Below, one piece after another: positions 55,931-57,113 of a stretch of 57,113 nt of DNA. Both the position numbers and the translations under genes were made by a program. The notes under the pieces were generated by a model. The model had not been told where the DNA came from and did not search any database. It saw only the letters and a program-made list of their open reading frames with translations. The DNA is taken from assembly GCA_041485695.1 (NCBI GenBank), contig JBGPJZ010000003.1, positions 1 to 57,113 of the forward strand. Direction: 5' to 3'. Position 1 is the first letter of the stretch; each line of letters starts with the position of its first letter. The stretch comes from Minisyncoccia bacterium. GTDB lineage: Bacteria; Patescibacteriota; Minisyncoccia; Phycocordibacterales; Phycocordibacteraceae.

Positions 55931-56893
55931 ATGTTCCAGCACGACTCTATCTTTTTCATCGGCGTTTTCATCTTCATTTTCTTTCTCTGGCTTGTGCTCG
56001 GCGGACCTGCGCGGCCCCTCTCCTTTGGCGGCCCGCTGCTTTCAGGGCCTGGCGCAATTGGCGGCGGGACGTATCTCTCGCTGCCAAAGGCTCCGAGTCT
56101 CGGTACAAGCGAGGTGGGGCAAAGTCAGGCATCAGGCGCTGGCTCCTCGCAGGGTCTCTCGTACCAAGACCAACAATCGGTAAACAATGCTCTCAAAGCA
56201 GCTTCTTTTGGATCGCCCTCCACATACCGCGGCGTGGTTACCCTTAATCACTATGTCTCGACCGCTGGAGCCTCAGATCCTCAGAATGAATACATCCAGC
56301 TGGAGGTTTCCCCAAGCGCCGACGGTCCGGTAAATCTCACTGGGTGGTCCTTAACGAGCGACGTGACTGGCAAGGGCGCGACTATCCCGCAAGGCACCGA
56401 GATACCCCGCTCGGGCGTCATTAATCCCATCGAGCCGATCGTATTGTATCCCGGTGACCGAGCCTTGATTTCATCGGGCCGGTCGCCTATTGGCGCCTCA
56501 TTCCGCGAGAACATTTGTATCGCCTACTTCGAGCAGTTTCAAAAGTTCTCCCCCTCGCTCCCCAATTCATGCCCGACGCCGAACAGCGAACTGGAACTCC
56601 ACTACGGTCCCGACCTCGTTCGCGACCCGCCATGTATCAATTATGTCGACCGCCTCTCGCGCTGCTCACTCGTCCTCTCGCCTCCAGTGACACTGACGGG
56701 CACGTGCCAGAGCTTTCTCACGAATTATCTGAATTATAACGGATGCCTTTCGGCCCACCAAAATGACTACAATTTCAAAGGCACGACCTGGCGCATCTAC
56801 CTCGGTCGCGATATCTCGATGTGGCGCTCGAGTCGCGAGGCAGTAAAGCTCCTTGATGCCTCTGGCAAAACAGTCGACATGTTCACCTACTAA
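55931..56893 (+). CDS. Membrane-anchored hypothetical protein with lamin-tail-like segment and Cys pairs
   Basis: N-terminal TM, NEYIQL...VNLTGWSL, and VKLLDASGKTVD. Confidence 0.8.
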   Translation: MFQHDSIFFIGVFIFIFFLWLVLGGPARPLSFGGPLLSGPGAIGGGTYLSLPKAPSLGTSEVGQSQASGAGSSQGLSYQDQQSVNNALKAASFGSPSTYRGVVTLNHYVSTAGASDPQNEYIQLEVSPSADGPVNLTGWSLTSDVTGKGATIPQGTEIPRSGVINPIEPIVLYPGDRALISSGRSPIGASFRENICIAYFEQFQKFSPSLPNSCPTPNSELELHYGPDLVRDPPCINYVDRLSRCSLVLSPPVTLTGTCQSFLTNYLNYNGCLSAHQNDYNFKGTTWRIYLGRDISMWRSSREAVKLLDASGKTVDMFTY

Positions 56894-57113
56894 GTGGTCA
56901 CGAATCGTTTTCTGTTGAAAACGTCCGCGACCCCGTCTCGGGTCGTCGCCCTCCGACTCGCACTTGCTTCGTAAGTGCACCGCGTCGTGGCACTGTTCGA
57001 ACCCGAGCGCGGCAATTGCTCGATATTATCATGAGCGTTGACGCAGGGGGAATTTCACCCGTCGTTGCCAAACATGCTGATCATTATTCGGTTCATCTGA
57101 AGTGACGGGCGGC

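Overview
Chromosomal window of a reduced-genome bacterium. Gene content and style suggest Patescibacteria/CPR, Parcubacteria-like (inference). It uses the standard code, with TGA as stop. Most genes lie on the minus strand. Housekeeping content: the 5' two-thirds of an unlinked 23S rRNA gene, ribosomal and translation genes, four aaRS genes (metG, glyQS, ileS, argS), a thymidylate/folate cluster, pilMNO-type genes, 8 tRNAs, ftsK, recA, recO, ruvA and a large surface protein. Highlights: (1) a complete, apparently recently active diversity-generating retroelement (TR and VR are 108 nt, and all 19 differences fall at TR adenines) whose avd gene is inverted and overlaps the RT gene head-to-head across a C10 tract; (2) an HTH gene studded with a repeated TGTCCTTT(A) motif, bracketed by two perfect DnaA boxes and divergent from ftsK; (3) a TrpR-like gene bracketed by two copies of one 20-bp palindrome; (4) an IleRS with an inserted histidine-phosphatase domain; (5) short palindromic elements found both between genes and in-frame inside ileS, argS and rpsF; (6) an unassigned structured RNA behind efp; (7) pervasive leaderless-type promoters, two of them bidirectional. 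All calls are by-eye motif recognition, and no database searches were run.
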